From assembly GCA_951406725.2 (NCBI GenBank), contig OX597825.1:68138001-68202000 (forward strand): 64,000 nt of DNA. The letters run 5' to 3'. Below the pieces are notes generated by a model that did not search any database, was not told the DNA's origin, and worked only from the letters and a program-made list of their open reading frames with translations. Positions 11,141 to 23,950 of this stretch are shown piece by piece. The position numbers were made by a program, and so were the translations under genes. The stretch is from Octopus vulgaris (Eukaryota). Each line of letters starts with the position of its first letter. The stretch's first letter is position 1.

Positions 11141-14102
11141 ATGTGTGCGTGTGTGCATGTGTGCGTGTGTGCGTGTGAGCATGCGTGCGTGCGTACTTTT
11201 TTGTGTGTGTACACACACACATACATATATACACACAGACACATATACATCTACATAAATATACCACACAACACACACACGTACACACACATATAAGATG
11301 GTTTTTAGAAAAGTTGCAAAATTAATTTAGAGAAGAAATGTGGCGCTTGTAGTTTTCTTATTCTTTTGGAGCCAAAGAGCAGAAGGCGTCTTTTCGCTTT
11401 TGCGGTTTGCTCTTTATGAAATGCCTGTAACTCTTCTTTGAAATAAGAAAATAGATTCCATCATTGAACAGCACCAGAAAGGCTTAAACATGGAAAGGCA
11501 AAAAAAAAAAAGATAATAATAATAAATAACTCCTTGATACTGATTCATAGAATGGAAGGAAAGTGAAAAGAAATCTTTAAGATATAGACGAGTAATTGCG
11601 ATAGATATCTAATTTCAAATTGCATCAGTAAAACGAAAATAGTGAAAAGTTCCCCACGGAATTCACCATCGTATAAAACGTTTAGCAACTCAAAGCCTTC
11701 TATGATTGCGTGGTCACAGAATCCTTTAGATGAAAAATGAAAACAATTTTTGATATTTCGAAAGGTTATTAAGATTGTATATAATACAACGCGTAGGCGC
11801 GGGCGTGGCTATAGGTGCAACGTGGTTGTGTATAGGCGCAGGAGTGGATGTGTATAGGCGCATGTGTGACTATGAGGTTAAGAAGTTTGCTTCCCAACTA
11901 TCTTGTCTTGCATTCAGTTCTACTGCGCGGTACATTGGACAAGTGCTTTCTACTATAGCCCCAGGCTGACCAAAGTGTTTGTGCTGTGCATGTCCCCTAT
12001 CACTGCTTGATAACCGGTAATTGTTTATGTCCTCGTAAATTAGCGTTTCAGCAAGGGAGACCGATAGAATTAGTACTAGCTTTAAAAATATATATACATA
12101 TATAGATATATATAGGAGTGGCTGTGTGATAAGTAGCACCTTGAGCAAGTGGCTTCTACTATAGCTTCGGGCCGACCGACCAAAACTTTGTCAATGGATT
12201 TGGTAGATGGAAACTGAAAGAAGCCCGTCGTATATAGATGTGTGTGTGTGTGTGCATATATTTGTGCCTGTGTTTGCCCCTCCACCATCGTTTGACAACC
12301 GATGTTGGTATGTTTACATCTGTGTAACTTAGCGATTCGGCAAAAGAATCGATAGACTAAGTACTAGGCTTCCAAAAAATAAGTTCTGGGGTCCATCTGT
12401 TCGACTAAAAGCTGTATGGCCGCAGTCAAAATGGCTGAAATAAATAAAAGAATATATATATAAGTACTGGGGTCGATTTGTTTGACTAAAACCCTTCAAA
12501 GCAGTACTCCAGCATGGCCGCAGTTCAATGAGTGAAATAAGTAAAAGATAGCACCTATATAAAACATAAAACAACTATTCATACTAACAATATGAAAATG
12601 AGTAAACGGTTATTGAAATAAAACCAGTCTAATTATTATAGACCTTCAAAGAAATGTCGTTTCCATCTATATTTTTTGGTTATCTGTATGAGTAATTTTG
12701 TACTTTATTTTTAAAATTGTACTTGTTGATCTTTTGACGAGACAAACGCATCGATAATATCATTAAAATTTGTGTTTTCAGTTTCCTCCCGTTCAAAGCT
12801 GAAGAAGGATGAGGTCAACAGGCTTTCTTGACAGGGTTAACGTTTTATTGACAAACATTGACCCTTTCATGTAAGAACTCCCCAATAATGTAGAAAAGAA
12901 CCCAGGAAGAATATTATATTAATCTCATTTTGGTGCGGAAACCGATGGCTTCTACTTTTTGCAAGAAATCGCTACATAACATTCATAATGCCAAATATTT
13001 TGGCCTCGTGTTTGATTCGATTGCAGATCAAAAACATTACGAGCAAATGACAAAAAGTGTTCGTTATGATGATATTGATTTTTAGAAGAAAAGAATTATG
13101 AAAGGGTCTTTTCTTGGATTTATTCAATTAAAGCGAAAGTATGCTGAAAACACGGTGAAAGTAATTCAGGAACAACTTGTAAAAGACAAATGTTCTTAGA
13201 AGCCTGTTGATCTCCATACCATGGCAATGCTGCAATAATGGCTTTATAAAAGAAGTATTCAACAGAAGATAAATGAAAAAAAAAAATATCGAGCAGATAT
13301 TGTCCTGTTAACTGTGATAATCGTTCTCTCAATTTGATCGGAATGCATACTTCTAAGAAGTATTGATGGTGATGTTTACGGTACAATTCAGACACTTTAT
13401 TCATTCGTTTCCTGCTCATCTATCCGTTAGTAAAAGCGAAAACGATGTCATACCAATAGTTTTTTCAAAGCTGAATCTGAAATTCAATGAAGTTCTAAAA
13501 CAGAAATTGTGAAATCAGCTCATGAATGTTTTTGATATTTCCGTTGAATTTTTGTAAACCATAGTTAATTATCAGAATGGCAATGCTGATACAAGAAATG
13601 GTGCGAGGAAGGTAATGAATCAAATTTGAATTGTTTGGTTTTGCTTTGATTTTTTATAATAAAACATTCATTTAGATTGGCCCTGTTCAAATAAATCCAA
13701 GATCATACCGTAAGCTCTCTTAATGGTGCTTGGGATTTAAAGGCTCTTCAAGATTATTTTTTAAGCATTGAGCATCATTTGCAAGTTAATCACTGTAAGC
13801 TCGGCTGAAACTGTGTGATGAAAGGGATACTCAAGCAGAAGATGAGCCAGAAAGAAGAGGCAACTGCTTGTCTTTTACCTTTTACTTGTTTCAGTCATTA
13901 GACTGCGGCCGTGCTGGGGCATCGCCTTGAAGAACTTTTATCGAACAAATCGACTCCAGCACATTTTTTTAAACCTGGTACTTAGTCTATCGGTCTTTTT
14001 GTCGAAACGCCAAATTACGGAAACGTAAACATACCAACACCAGTTGTCAAACGGTGGTGAGGACAAATAAGCACAAAAACACACGCACACATATACATAT
14101 AT

Positions 14103-14305
14103 ATTATAAATAAAGGCAAAAAGAAAATTTTTTTCTTTGCCAATATGCTAAAAAATAGACGCTAAATTGTTTAACCACATAAAATATTTTCACTTTTATT
14201 ATTACACCACGTGTAATAATATTTTATGTGGTTAGACGATTTAGCGTCTATTTTTCAGCATATTGGCAAAGAAAATTTTTTTTTCTTTTTGCCCTTATTT
14301 ATAAT
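14103..14305. mobile_element. Short palindromic MITE inside a SINE B microsatellite
   Basis: About 80-bp arms: ATAAATAAAGGCAAAAAGAAAA...CCACATAAAATA, and its reverse complement ending TTGCCCTTATTTAT. Confidence 0.8.
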
Positions 14306-14551
14306 TGTATTTTTCATATGCTGGCCTGGCCACTGATAAAACTTTTTAATAAAATTTTATCCTTATATAAGAAGTATATATATGCCGGGTTTCTTTCAGT
14401 TTCCGTCAACCAAGTCCATTCACAAGGCTTTGGTCGGCTCGAGCCTATAGTACAAAACACCTGCCTAAGGTACCAAGCAGTAGGACTGAACCTTGAACAA
14501 TGAGGTTGGAAAGTGAACTTCTTACAATACTGCCGTGCCTGCTTGGTGAAA

Positions 14552-15064
14552 TCTATATATATAAAACTGTAGTTGTGTGAGTGTCTGTCCCCTTCGATTT
14601 AGATTCCTAACTACTCCCACATTTTGCGGTGCAGTTTAACCAAATTCGGGTATCTTATAGTCGTGATTCATATCGAGCCCGTCTAGCTATTAGCGCGCGT
14701 CTACGATGAGTCTACGATTTTAAAAATAATTTAACATCATTTTTTATTCCATTTTAATGCATAATTTTTCGTGTGTCGATGGCGGCGGAGTTGGCGTCCA
14801 TGGTCACACCTGCACCTGTTTGCTTCTCCCCCTTCTTCCCTCCCTCGTGAAGCTGTGGGGACGGGAGTGTAAGGAAATCAACGTCGTAAAGCGTTGTCAA
14901 GGAGACCACCGTTCTTTTAGAACAACGACTTCATGGCTTGAAGACACCAAAACAGAAATGGCTAAGAAAGCCCGAATTGGCATCTATAAGGGAAGTAACT
15001 CTCTAAAAATGCTTATATAGTTATTTCCCTTACAAACCCGAGCAACGCCGGGCGATACTGCTAG
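14552..15064 (+). mobile_element. Non-autonomous Helitron
   Basis: Starts TC(TA)n, has a 3' hairpin CCCGAGCAACGCCGGG, ends CTAG, and sits between A and T with no TSD. Confidence 0.9.
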
Positions 15065-15789
15065 TATAAAATAAGCAAGGATGTAAGATTAACTACAAAA
15101 GTAGGAATGATGAGAATAATAAAACTATTGTTTTATTCAATGATGAAATGAAAGAAAAATTTACTTGTTTCTATGATTTGGATTTTTAAAAGTAAGCATC
15201 TTTTTGATGGCAGAGGATTTCTGTTTGATTCAAAACAGCAGCAGCATTCATAATGTGAATATCTTAAAGATAAGTCATGTTGTCTCAAACTTTAACAGTT
15301 GTATAGTACTGCTATTGACGGCCTAAAATATTCAGATTTCGAAGAGCCAAGTTTGAGAGTAACTTTTCAAATAGCATTTACTGTTGTAAGTTTAACTGCC
15401 AGCTGTGAGCGATCTTTCAACAAGTTAAAATTGATCTGTCATATTTGAAAGCTTCGTTGAACCACGAAAGATTGTTGACTTTAGCTTTACTCAGCCTGAA
15501 CGTGAGCGTTTTAATAAACATTATTGACTCGTCGTTGGTCTCGTCAAAAGTAACTCAAGTACAATTTTAGAATAATGTTTAAATTTGTTCGTACAGAGAA
15601 CCAAAGTTCTTTATGTTCTATAATACATATTTAGAAGAACTTTATTTCTATAAATGTTTACACATTTTATATTGTTTTACTGATACATGTTTTGATTGTT
15701 CTATGAACATTTATATTCTTTTACGTGTTTCAGTCATTGGGCTGCGACCATACTGGAACACCACCTTGTAGAGTTTTAGTCGAACAAAT

Positions 15790-16125
15790 GTGCGTAACTG
15801 CTACTTAATTTATCGACCCCGAAAGGATGAAAGGCAAAGTCGACCTCGGCGGAATTTGAACTCAGACGAAACAGCAGACGAAATACCTATTTCTATTTCT
15901 TTACTACCCACAAGAGGCTAAACACAGAGAGGACAAACAAGGAAATACAAATGGATTAAGTCGATTATATTAACCTCAGTGCGTAACTTGTACTTATTTA
16001 ATTGACCCCGAAAGGATGAAAGGCAAAGTCGACCGCGGCGGAATTTGAACTCAGAACGTAACGGCAGACGAAATACCGCAAAGCATTTTACCCAGCATGC
16101 TAACGTTTCTGCCAGCTTGCCGCCT
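15790..16125 (-). mobile_element. Nested SINE family A copies
   Basis: Two cores (CCCGAAAGGATGAAAGGCAAAGTCGAC) separated by the tail of the inner copy. Confidence 0.85.
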
Positions 16126-16484
16126 TCACCTGGTATTTATTCTAACGGTGTCCTTTGCCGAACATCTACGTTACGGGGACGTAAACAAACCAACACCAGT
16201 TGTCAAGCGGTGAGATAACTTATTTGTAGATCTTCATTCTGCATGATAATTAGTAGTTAATTTCCTGTGTGACCGCTAGGGAGAGAAAGAGTAACGTAGT
16301 CAAAACGGATATGTAGAGTAACAGCTGTTTTCTCTTCTCTAATCAGCTTTGACCGATGCATGCCTCAAGAAAGGTCTTATTAATTTCTTAGTGCAAAAGG
16401 CGAAAACAATAGGCATATGACTTATTTGACAATATGGAAAAATGTGGATTGAGCTCCAAATCCTAGCTGTTCGCTACATATATG

Positions 16485-16546
<62 letters not shown>

Positions 16547-16551
<5 letters not shown>

Positions 16552-16812
16552 TGGCAGAACTTCAAAAGATAGTGCTCATGGGAACTGCTCATATCCCATA
16601 CAAAATACTGTCTATGTAATCTCAAGTTTTAAAACAAACATAATTTTCGTATGTATTTTTTTTTTAGACATTCACTAGTACAACACTTAATACAAAACCA
16701 AATATATGGCACACTAGGCATAACAACATGAACTTCCAACCTGTTGTCTCTTGAGGTCTCTGGGTGAGACTTGGAGCCAACTTGTACAAATATAAAGCAA
16801 AAGTCAAACATA

Positions 16813-16813
<1 letters not shown>
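16547..16813 (+). mobile_element. Dong/R4-clade LINE 3' end inserted in (TAA)n
   Basis: KMAELQKIVLMGTAHIPYKILSM* matches the R4/Dong C-terminal 'LQK..LLGTA.IL' motif. (TAA)n arrays lie on both sides. Confidence 0.75.
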
Positions 16814-16883
<70 letters not shown>

Positions 16884-17067
16884 TATAATGCACTTCATTA
16901 TATTTTGTTATGTGTATGATCACCTGGTCTGTGGAAAAATTGTCTTGCTCAAAATCTGTCTGTGGTGTAAAGCAAGAAAAAAATGGAGACCTCTGCTGTG
17001 GGGCATGAATTTAGAAAGATTTAGCTGCGATTTCTAGTAGATCACGACACCAGTTAGGAGAGGCCTG

Positions 17068-17488
17068 GGATCTTTTCGGTTTGAACGGCAGTTTTTTCTA
17101 GCGGTGTCATATGAAATTGTCAACCATAATTATGACCCTAGTATCGATCTATTGCATTTCAATCTGTTTTAGGGTTAGGGTTAGTTAGGGTTAGGGTTAG
17201 AGGTGGGGGGAGGGTATCTTTTTTTCTTCACAAATGTAAATAAACCCAATCTGTTTCTTAAACGAGGGACATATTCATACGGCACAGAATGTTTTTTACC
17301 TCAATAGACGTGATTGGTTGAAATTGCAGAAATTGAAGGAAAAAAACAACAAATATCTTACAAACTATAGAATTTTCTCAATAAAGCCAAGAGAAAAAGA
17401 TGTTTTATAAACACATTCTACCAGTATACGAAGTTTAAAAGTGTTTAGTTACGTGGAAATTATTTTTAAAAAACTGCCGAAAAGATCC
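17068..17488 (+). mobile_element. GGATCTTT-TIR MITE carrying TTAGGG repeats
   Basis: 8-bp TSD gaggcctg. The right TIR has a short internal deletion. Confidence 0.95.
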
Positions 17489-17550
17489 GAGGCCTGCACA
17501 GGTGATGCTAAACAGAGCTACGTGAAGCTAGTGAAATATTTGTACAATTG

Positions 17551-17620
<70 letters not shown>

Positions 17621-17624
<4 letters not shown>

Positions 17625-18076
17625 CGGTAAGATAACAAAAGAAAGAAAGAGACCTCAATATTATGTAAATAGAGGAACTTTATCTATACAATAATATGTT
17701 ACATTACTCGGTAGTCAAGATAAAACTCTGAGTTTCAGATGCCGAAGTGGAAATCCACAACACCATCTCTTCGGTTATCTGGCTATTCTTTACATAATAT
17801 TGAGGTCTCTTTCTTTCTTTTGTTATCTTACCGTTTTACCAATAAATCACCACCCGGACGACGTTATTCTCAACTAAGAGCTAATACGGCCTTTTTGGAT
17901 TATCGCCTAACATCGGTTGAGGACTCTCACACACAGAAGAATTTAATATGGATGCATATCACATAGATTATTCTATGAAAGAATAGCCAGATAACCGAAG
18001 AGATGGTGTTGTGGATTTCCACTTCGGCATCTGAAACTCAGAGTTTTATCTTGACTACCGAGTAATGTAACATATT

Positions 18077-18084
<8 letters not shown>
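17621..18084. mobile_element. Interleaved inverted-repeat element (A-B-A'-B') in (TA)n, Penelope pLTR-like
   Basis: A 17621-17669 / A' 17789-17837 (49 bp, perfect). B about 17685-17791 / B' about 17978-18084 (near perfect). (TA)n on both flanks. Confidence 0.8.
17989..18051 (+). ncRNA. Minimal type-I hammerhead-like motif (CCGAAGA core variant); mirror copy at 17718-17780 (-)
   Basis: AGATAA-CCGAAGA-GATG...CATC-T-GAAA-CTC-A-GAG-TT-TTATCT. Stems I, II and III can all pair. Confidence 0.55.
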
Positions 18085-18122
<38 letters not shown>

Positions 18123-19916
18123 AGAGAGAAAAGGAATCAGCGAACAACAATTTTAACAACCACTGTTTCGAATTCGGGTCGTCTGCTATTCACTGCTGCT
18201 TCTGTTGCTGCCGTCTGCTTGTCTGCTGCTGCTGAGACTCAAAAATGTGAGAAAAAAAAATCAGTGAACTATCCCACGAATTTCCAGCTGCTGTTGCTGC
18301 AGTTGTTTTTTTTTTTGTTTTTTTTTTATATTTGCTTCTATAATTTTCAGAGTGTCGTTAGTCACTGCGAATGATATATGCATTACATATTAAGATAGGA
18401 CAAATCTATAACATCGATCTTGCCTAATCAATAATGCGCAGGATTCAGCAGCGTTGAAAGCAAGTTCGTTTCCACTTTGTTGCAGAAATAACTCTTCTTA
18501 GTCCAACAATCCAGGGTCTATTATATATGTAGCTTGAAAAGTGTGTTTAAATACTACTTGAATCGTTGAAATAAATATCTTAAGAATGCTTTTTGCGCCT
18601 AAGGAATGGCTCAAGTTTATGTACACATTATACATTTAAAGAAAGCCTTCAAACTTCTCTATTTCTATCTACCTGCCTCTTTCTTCTCTCCTTTCCTCTC
18701 TCTTTCTTTCGTTCGTTATGTATTTATTAATTTTCCTACCTCTCCGTCAGTTTTTTTTCTTTTCTTTCATTCACTTCCCTTTTCGATCTCCATCACACTT
18801 TCTCAATCAATTAATACTTTATTTATTTGCCTCTTGTAAATAATGATGAAAAGAATCAATTACATAAGTATTCGTTTATAACAAGTATCCATCAGTAGAC
18901 GACTATCCTTATTCACACAGAGACATGAGAAATGGGTGCTGCGACGTAAAGTAGTGTTTTACTGACATAAATAAAAGAATAGAGCTGTCTACATCACTGG
19001 GAATTAAAACTGGATTGCAGATTCAGTTCAGCCGGAAAACAGTCGCTTCCCTACTGCTGTATATTTTTTTTTTATTCGTGTTAGTTCAGCATCGAGTTAC
19101 AAAGACTTCCTTGTCCCTCTGTGCCATCAGAAATGCAGTAAACATATAATTAAGCCATATGAAATCTCTGCCGACGCTATTGTTCACCAGTTGCAATATA
19201 AAATAAAATCTTATTGAGAGCGTTACAGAACCAAACTGATGGTACAACGCCAATTTTCTGGAACTTTTGCTTCCAAGACCATTCCGGATTACATTTTTTT
19301 CCGAATCAGTGGTAACTACACTCTAAATTAAACAAATAGTGAATTTACTGAAATAATTCAATGAAACGCAGCTACCGTAAGTCAGTATAAATGATACCAG
19401 TTTAATGCTGTACTGCCTAAGGTACCAGGAAACTAGTCTGACGGCCGTTGGAATTTGAAGCTTCTGCTCTTGAATAAGATATTCCAGACCATTAGTGTCC
19501 GAACAGTCGGTGTTTTAGTTATATTGACCATACTGGAAAACTAGTATGTTTTTCATATATGTTTCGTACTTCTTAAGATTATGAAATGGCAAATTGGAAA
19601 GAATAAATAAGATTAAAAAGAACCAAATCTTTAAAATCCAGTAACAACTTTTTATTTTGTTTTTTGTTTTTTTTACAAACTAGAAGCCAGTGCGTTAATA
19701 CATTCCATTAACTCTACTCAACAATAAACAACACAAAACTACTTACAAAACAAGCACTAATTAATATAATGGTATAAACAGTGCCTGGTTTTGAGTTCAG
19801 TCTCACTGCGTGGCACCTTGGGTAAGTGCTGCTGCTGTAGCACCAGGCCAACCAATGCATTGTGAGTGAAATTGGTTGGCGGAAACTGTGTGGAAGCCCG
19901 TCGTGAAAACACATGA

Positions 19917-19947
<31 letters not shown>

Positions 19948-19968
19948 CTGTGTGTGTGTGTGTCTGTC

Positions 19969-20003
<35 letters not shown>

Positions 20004-20479
20004 TGGGTCTTGCAGGCATGAAGTGGATTTGATCCTAGATAGCTAAATTTCAAGTAACAGTTCAACAGAACTTTTCTCATGGTGGAACAATGGGTTTTTT
20101 TCTGTGACAGCAAGCCGAAATAATGTCTTCACCACTTGACCCTTCTAACCTTTTCTACTTCACTAAAAGCTAGAATAGAGATATCACAGACCACCTACGA
20201 TAATCATTCTTCTCAACGATATGTCTATCGTTCTGGATAGTTATAAAAGCAAGAACTCCAAACAAGAATCAGTTAGTCGGCTCGTGACAACTCAATCAGT
20301 TAGATAGTGAGTGACAACTCGAATCAGAGACAGCCACCATCAGTTAGGGAGCGGAACGCTAGAATCATGGTCACAAGCAGGCAACTACTAAAGTCAATGG
20401 TCAGAGGAAGAAATGAAGTTTACTGTCAGCAACTATAAGACATCTTCCCACGACCCTACAACTCTCACTAGCTCCAAAC

Positions 20480-20779
20480 GAAATATACACCGCCGGAAGT
20501 TGTTGAAAACAAACAATAGCAGTAATTTTATTCAGCTGAATACACGTCATCGATTGGTTGAAATTACTGAAATAGTACAACTTTAACAAAAAATAACTTC
20601 CAAAATACAAAATTTTCTCAACAACGCCAAGAGTAAAAGATGTTTTATGTGACACATTCTACAAGTGTACGAGGTTTGAAAGTGTTTAGTTACAAAAAGT
20701 ATTTTTTTAATCTGTCGGTCAAAAGGTAAAAATCTGCAAAAAATTATTTAAAAAATCTGACGGTAAAAGGTAAAGATCC
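20480..20779 (+). mobile_element. Partial MITE arm (GGATCTTTACC subfamily) with a duplicated terminus
   Basis: Matches the right arm of the 24708-25363 element and ends GGTAAAGATCC. Confidence 0.75.
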
Positions 20780-21299
20780 ACATTCTTTCTTATTTTGTCG
20801 CAAGGTCAACAATTTTTGAAAAGTGGGGGCAAGTCGATTAAATCGACCCTCACTGCTTGACCGGCACTTTATTTTGTCGACCTCAAAAGAATGAAAAGGT
20901 TAAGCTAACCTCGACAAAATTTGAGCTCAGAAAGTAAAGAGCTAGGAGAAAAGTCGCTAATGATTTTGTTCGAGTTGCTAACGATTCTGTCAGCCCGCTA
21001 CTTTACTTCACAATTTCAAATTTTGACACAAAGCCATGAAATTTAGGGGAAGGAGTAAATCAATATCATCGATTTACTTGTGCTTCACTGGTAATCATTT
21101 TATAAAGGTATGACGGCTAAGTTAACCTCGGCAACCTTTTTCGACTCAGAAGAAATGTTGCTAAGCATATTTCCCCGCGCGGTAACGATTCAGCCAAATC
21201 GCCCCTTAAGTTCGCTCTTTAATTTTTATGAAATATACGTATAAAGTATATTCGTATTGTGATACGAATATACTCTATATTTATTGTTATTATTTTTAT

Positions 21300-22620
21300 T
21301 CTTACATCCAATTTTAATGCATGTTCAAGAAGATACACAATTTCGGTCAAACGCAGAGGATGAAACGTATTTTACCGATCGTTCCCGTTTGATCAAATCT
21401 ATTGCAGATATCTTAGTGCTGCCAACAAGAAATAGGAACGTATTGATTCGAATTCTAAATACTGAAGATTTTGAGAGGCTGCTAATCTTCGCTACATGTT
21501 TAAGAGAAAAGTAGTTGAAATGATGCTCAGAAAGAAGATAACAGCTGATGAAGGAAACAATATTCAAGAAAGATCACAGAATTTTCTTCTCAATCTTTAT
21601 AAAAGAGCTTAAACAATACTTGTCGGAAAATGTTAACGTATTCGAGAACGGGAACTGCTTTTGCTTTTGTTTTCTATAAAAAAAATATTTGGATCTTTTC
21701 GGTTTGAACGGCAGTTTTTTCTAGCGGTGTCATATGAAATTATCACCCATAATTATGACCCTAGTATCGATCTATTGCATTTCAATCTGTTTTAGGGTTA
21801 GGATTAGGTGTGGGGGGAAGGGTATCTTTTTTTCTTCACAAATGTAAATAAACCCAATCTATTTCTTAAACGAGGGACATATTCATACGGCACAGAATGT
21901 TTTTTTACCTCAATAGACGTCATTGATTGGTTGAAATTGCAGAAATTGAAGGAAAAAAACAACAAATACCTTACAAACTATAGAATTTTCTCTATAAAGC
22001 CAAGAGAAAAAGATGTATACGAAGTTTTAAATTTTTTAGTTACCTAGAAATTATGTTAAGAACTGCCGTTCAAACCGAAAAGATCTAAATATTTCGTTTT
22101 TCTTATGTAATTAATGAGTTTAATTTACGTTGTTATACTGGTTTCAAATTTTTGCACAGGGCCAGCAATTTCAGCTGAATGGGTAAATCGACTACATTGA
22201 CCTCAGTGTTCAACTGGTGCTTATTTTATTGACCCCGAAAGGGATGAAAGGTAAAGTCGAACCCGGCGGCATTTGAACTCAGAACGGAAGAAATACCGCT
22301 AAGCATTTTTTTCAGCGCGGTAATGATTCTGTCAGCTCACACACACACATACACACCTAAATTATGATGTTAATTAAGTGTTGAATTACAATGTTGGACT
22401 AATCACTACAAATTCAGAAAAAATTTGTATGGAATTTATTCATTTATTCATTTCAAGGACACGACAGAAGGGGATGCCTTGAGAGATGTTGCAACCTTTG
22501 TTTTAATTTCTTAATGTTACTTGATTCAGAGACTGAGGTAAAAAAAAAATAACGTTTAGCAACATGGACGTTATAAAAACAAAATTGAGATAACAAAAAA
22601 AAAAAATAATAATAATAAAA
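21300..22620 (+). pseudogene. Second decayed hAT-like transposase remnant (interrupted)
   Basis: Fragments QNFLLNL..ELKQ.LSENVNVF and the hATC-like FSNMDVIKTKLR near 22555. Confidence 0.5.
21691..22086 (+). mobile_element. GGATCTTT-TIR MITE
   Basis: Same TIR and body as 6445-6883. 8-bp TSD aaatattt. Confidence 0.95.
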
Positions 22621-22802
22621 CGAGTAATAATGAAATGAAAGTTGCAGTTCTCGGAGCTGTTCTCTCCTTAAAGATATTTCATAAAATGCCGTGATGAAAT
22701 GCTGTAAAAGATTAGAGTTTACCTGAAGCAACTTTAAGACAATCACACAATGGACACAGCTAACTCTGAAGTAAGGTAATAGTAATGGAAATACTAACGG
22801 GG

Positions 22803-23448
22803 CGGTGGCGGCTCGTGTATAGGCACTAAGGAACTGCAGCACCCCCTATTTCCACTCGATAGTTCTTTCTTCATACTTGTACATTATATAATCCTTAAGA
22901 TTAATGTCAGTAGCCATCCCCTAGCTTATGAAAAAAATACAAAAATCCTTGTATAGAACTGTGCACTTCACAGTTCCAGCGACGCGGTGTTTGGCTGTTG
23001 TGCGCATGCTCATATGTCCGAGATAGGAAGCTTCACGCTAGGGAGAGAGAGTACTATCGTTCATGCAGTGCAGGTAAAAGGTAGTGTTTCTTTTTGACTC
23101 CGTGTGTGTTGTGCTTAAAAACATGTTTATATTCTTGAATGTGATAAATTGTAGAATTAGATTAATTTTCCTGCTTCAGTGTTGCTACCAGGGTTTTTAA
23201 AATAGGGCAGATTCTCCACCCCTATTTTGTGATTTAGGAGGGGACTTTTGAAAAACAAGGGGTCATTCGCGGTGGTGTTCAGGGAACAAAATAAACACAC
23301 TACCCGGCAGTGGCTAAAACGTGAACCGATCAAGTTTATGTATAAATATTCTTTTTATATGTTTGTTTCCTTTTACACAATATTAAAACAACGGCTAAAA
23401 ATTTTCCGAAGCAGCATCCCAACTAATTTTATCTACGAGCCACCACTG
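22803..23448. mobile_element. Probable hAT-type non-autonomous element
   Basis: Imperfect TIRs CGGTGGCGGCTCGTG / TACGAGCCACCACTG. No clear TSD. Confidence 0.55.
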
Positions 23449-23722
23449 TGATGGAATCAACAATTTGGAAGATTTATTAGCTGATGGTTCCTGTCATAAA
23501 AGTAAAAATTTCAGTTCTACGCTTCTTTTAAAATAAAGTAACAGGCATTTTTGTGCCACATTCGCGTGCGGTCTACCTGACGTTTGGTCGGCCTGAAGGC
23601 TATAGTAGAAGACACTTGCGTAAGGTACCATGCAATGGGACTGAACCCGGTACCTATGTGGTTAGGAAGCAAACTTCTTACCACACAGCCACACCTGCGC
23701 CTATGGTATACTAAAGAAAAAA

Positions 23723-23950
23723 GGCGGCGAGCTGACAGAAACGTTAGCACGCCGGGCGAAATGCTTAGTATTTCGTCTGCCGTTACGTTCTGAGTTCAAA
23801 CTCCGCCGAGATCGATTTTGCCTTTCATCCTTTCGGGGTCGATAAATTAAGTACCAGTTACGCACTGGGGTCGATGTAATCAACTTAATCCGTTTGTTTG
23901 TCCTTGTTTGCCCTCTCTGTGTTTAGCCCCCTGTTGGTAGTAAAGAAATA
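23723..23950 (+). mobile_element. SINE family A, full length
   Basis: Complete from head to tail, with TSD ggtatactaaagaaaaaa. Confidence 0.95.

Larger units (their letters stand above)
12700..15500 (+). pseudogene. Decayed hAT (ZMYM1-like) transposase, interrupted by younger elements
   Basis: Fragments AKYFGLVFDSIADQKHYEQMTKSVRY (about 12990), VNCDNRSLNLIG (about 13305) and the hATC motif TASCERSFNKLKLI (about 15395). Many frameshifts. Confidence 0.8.

Noticed and set aside
10754-11296. 180-aa ORF, and the many similar CV/HT/YI-rich ORFs (e.g. 1424-1717, 27179-27557, 35564-35904, 62299-62702)
   Set aside because: These frames are open only because they run through stop-free microsatellites.
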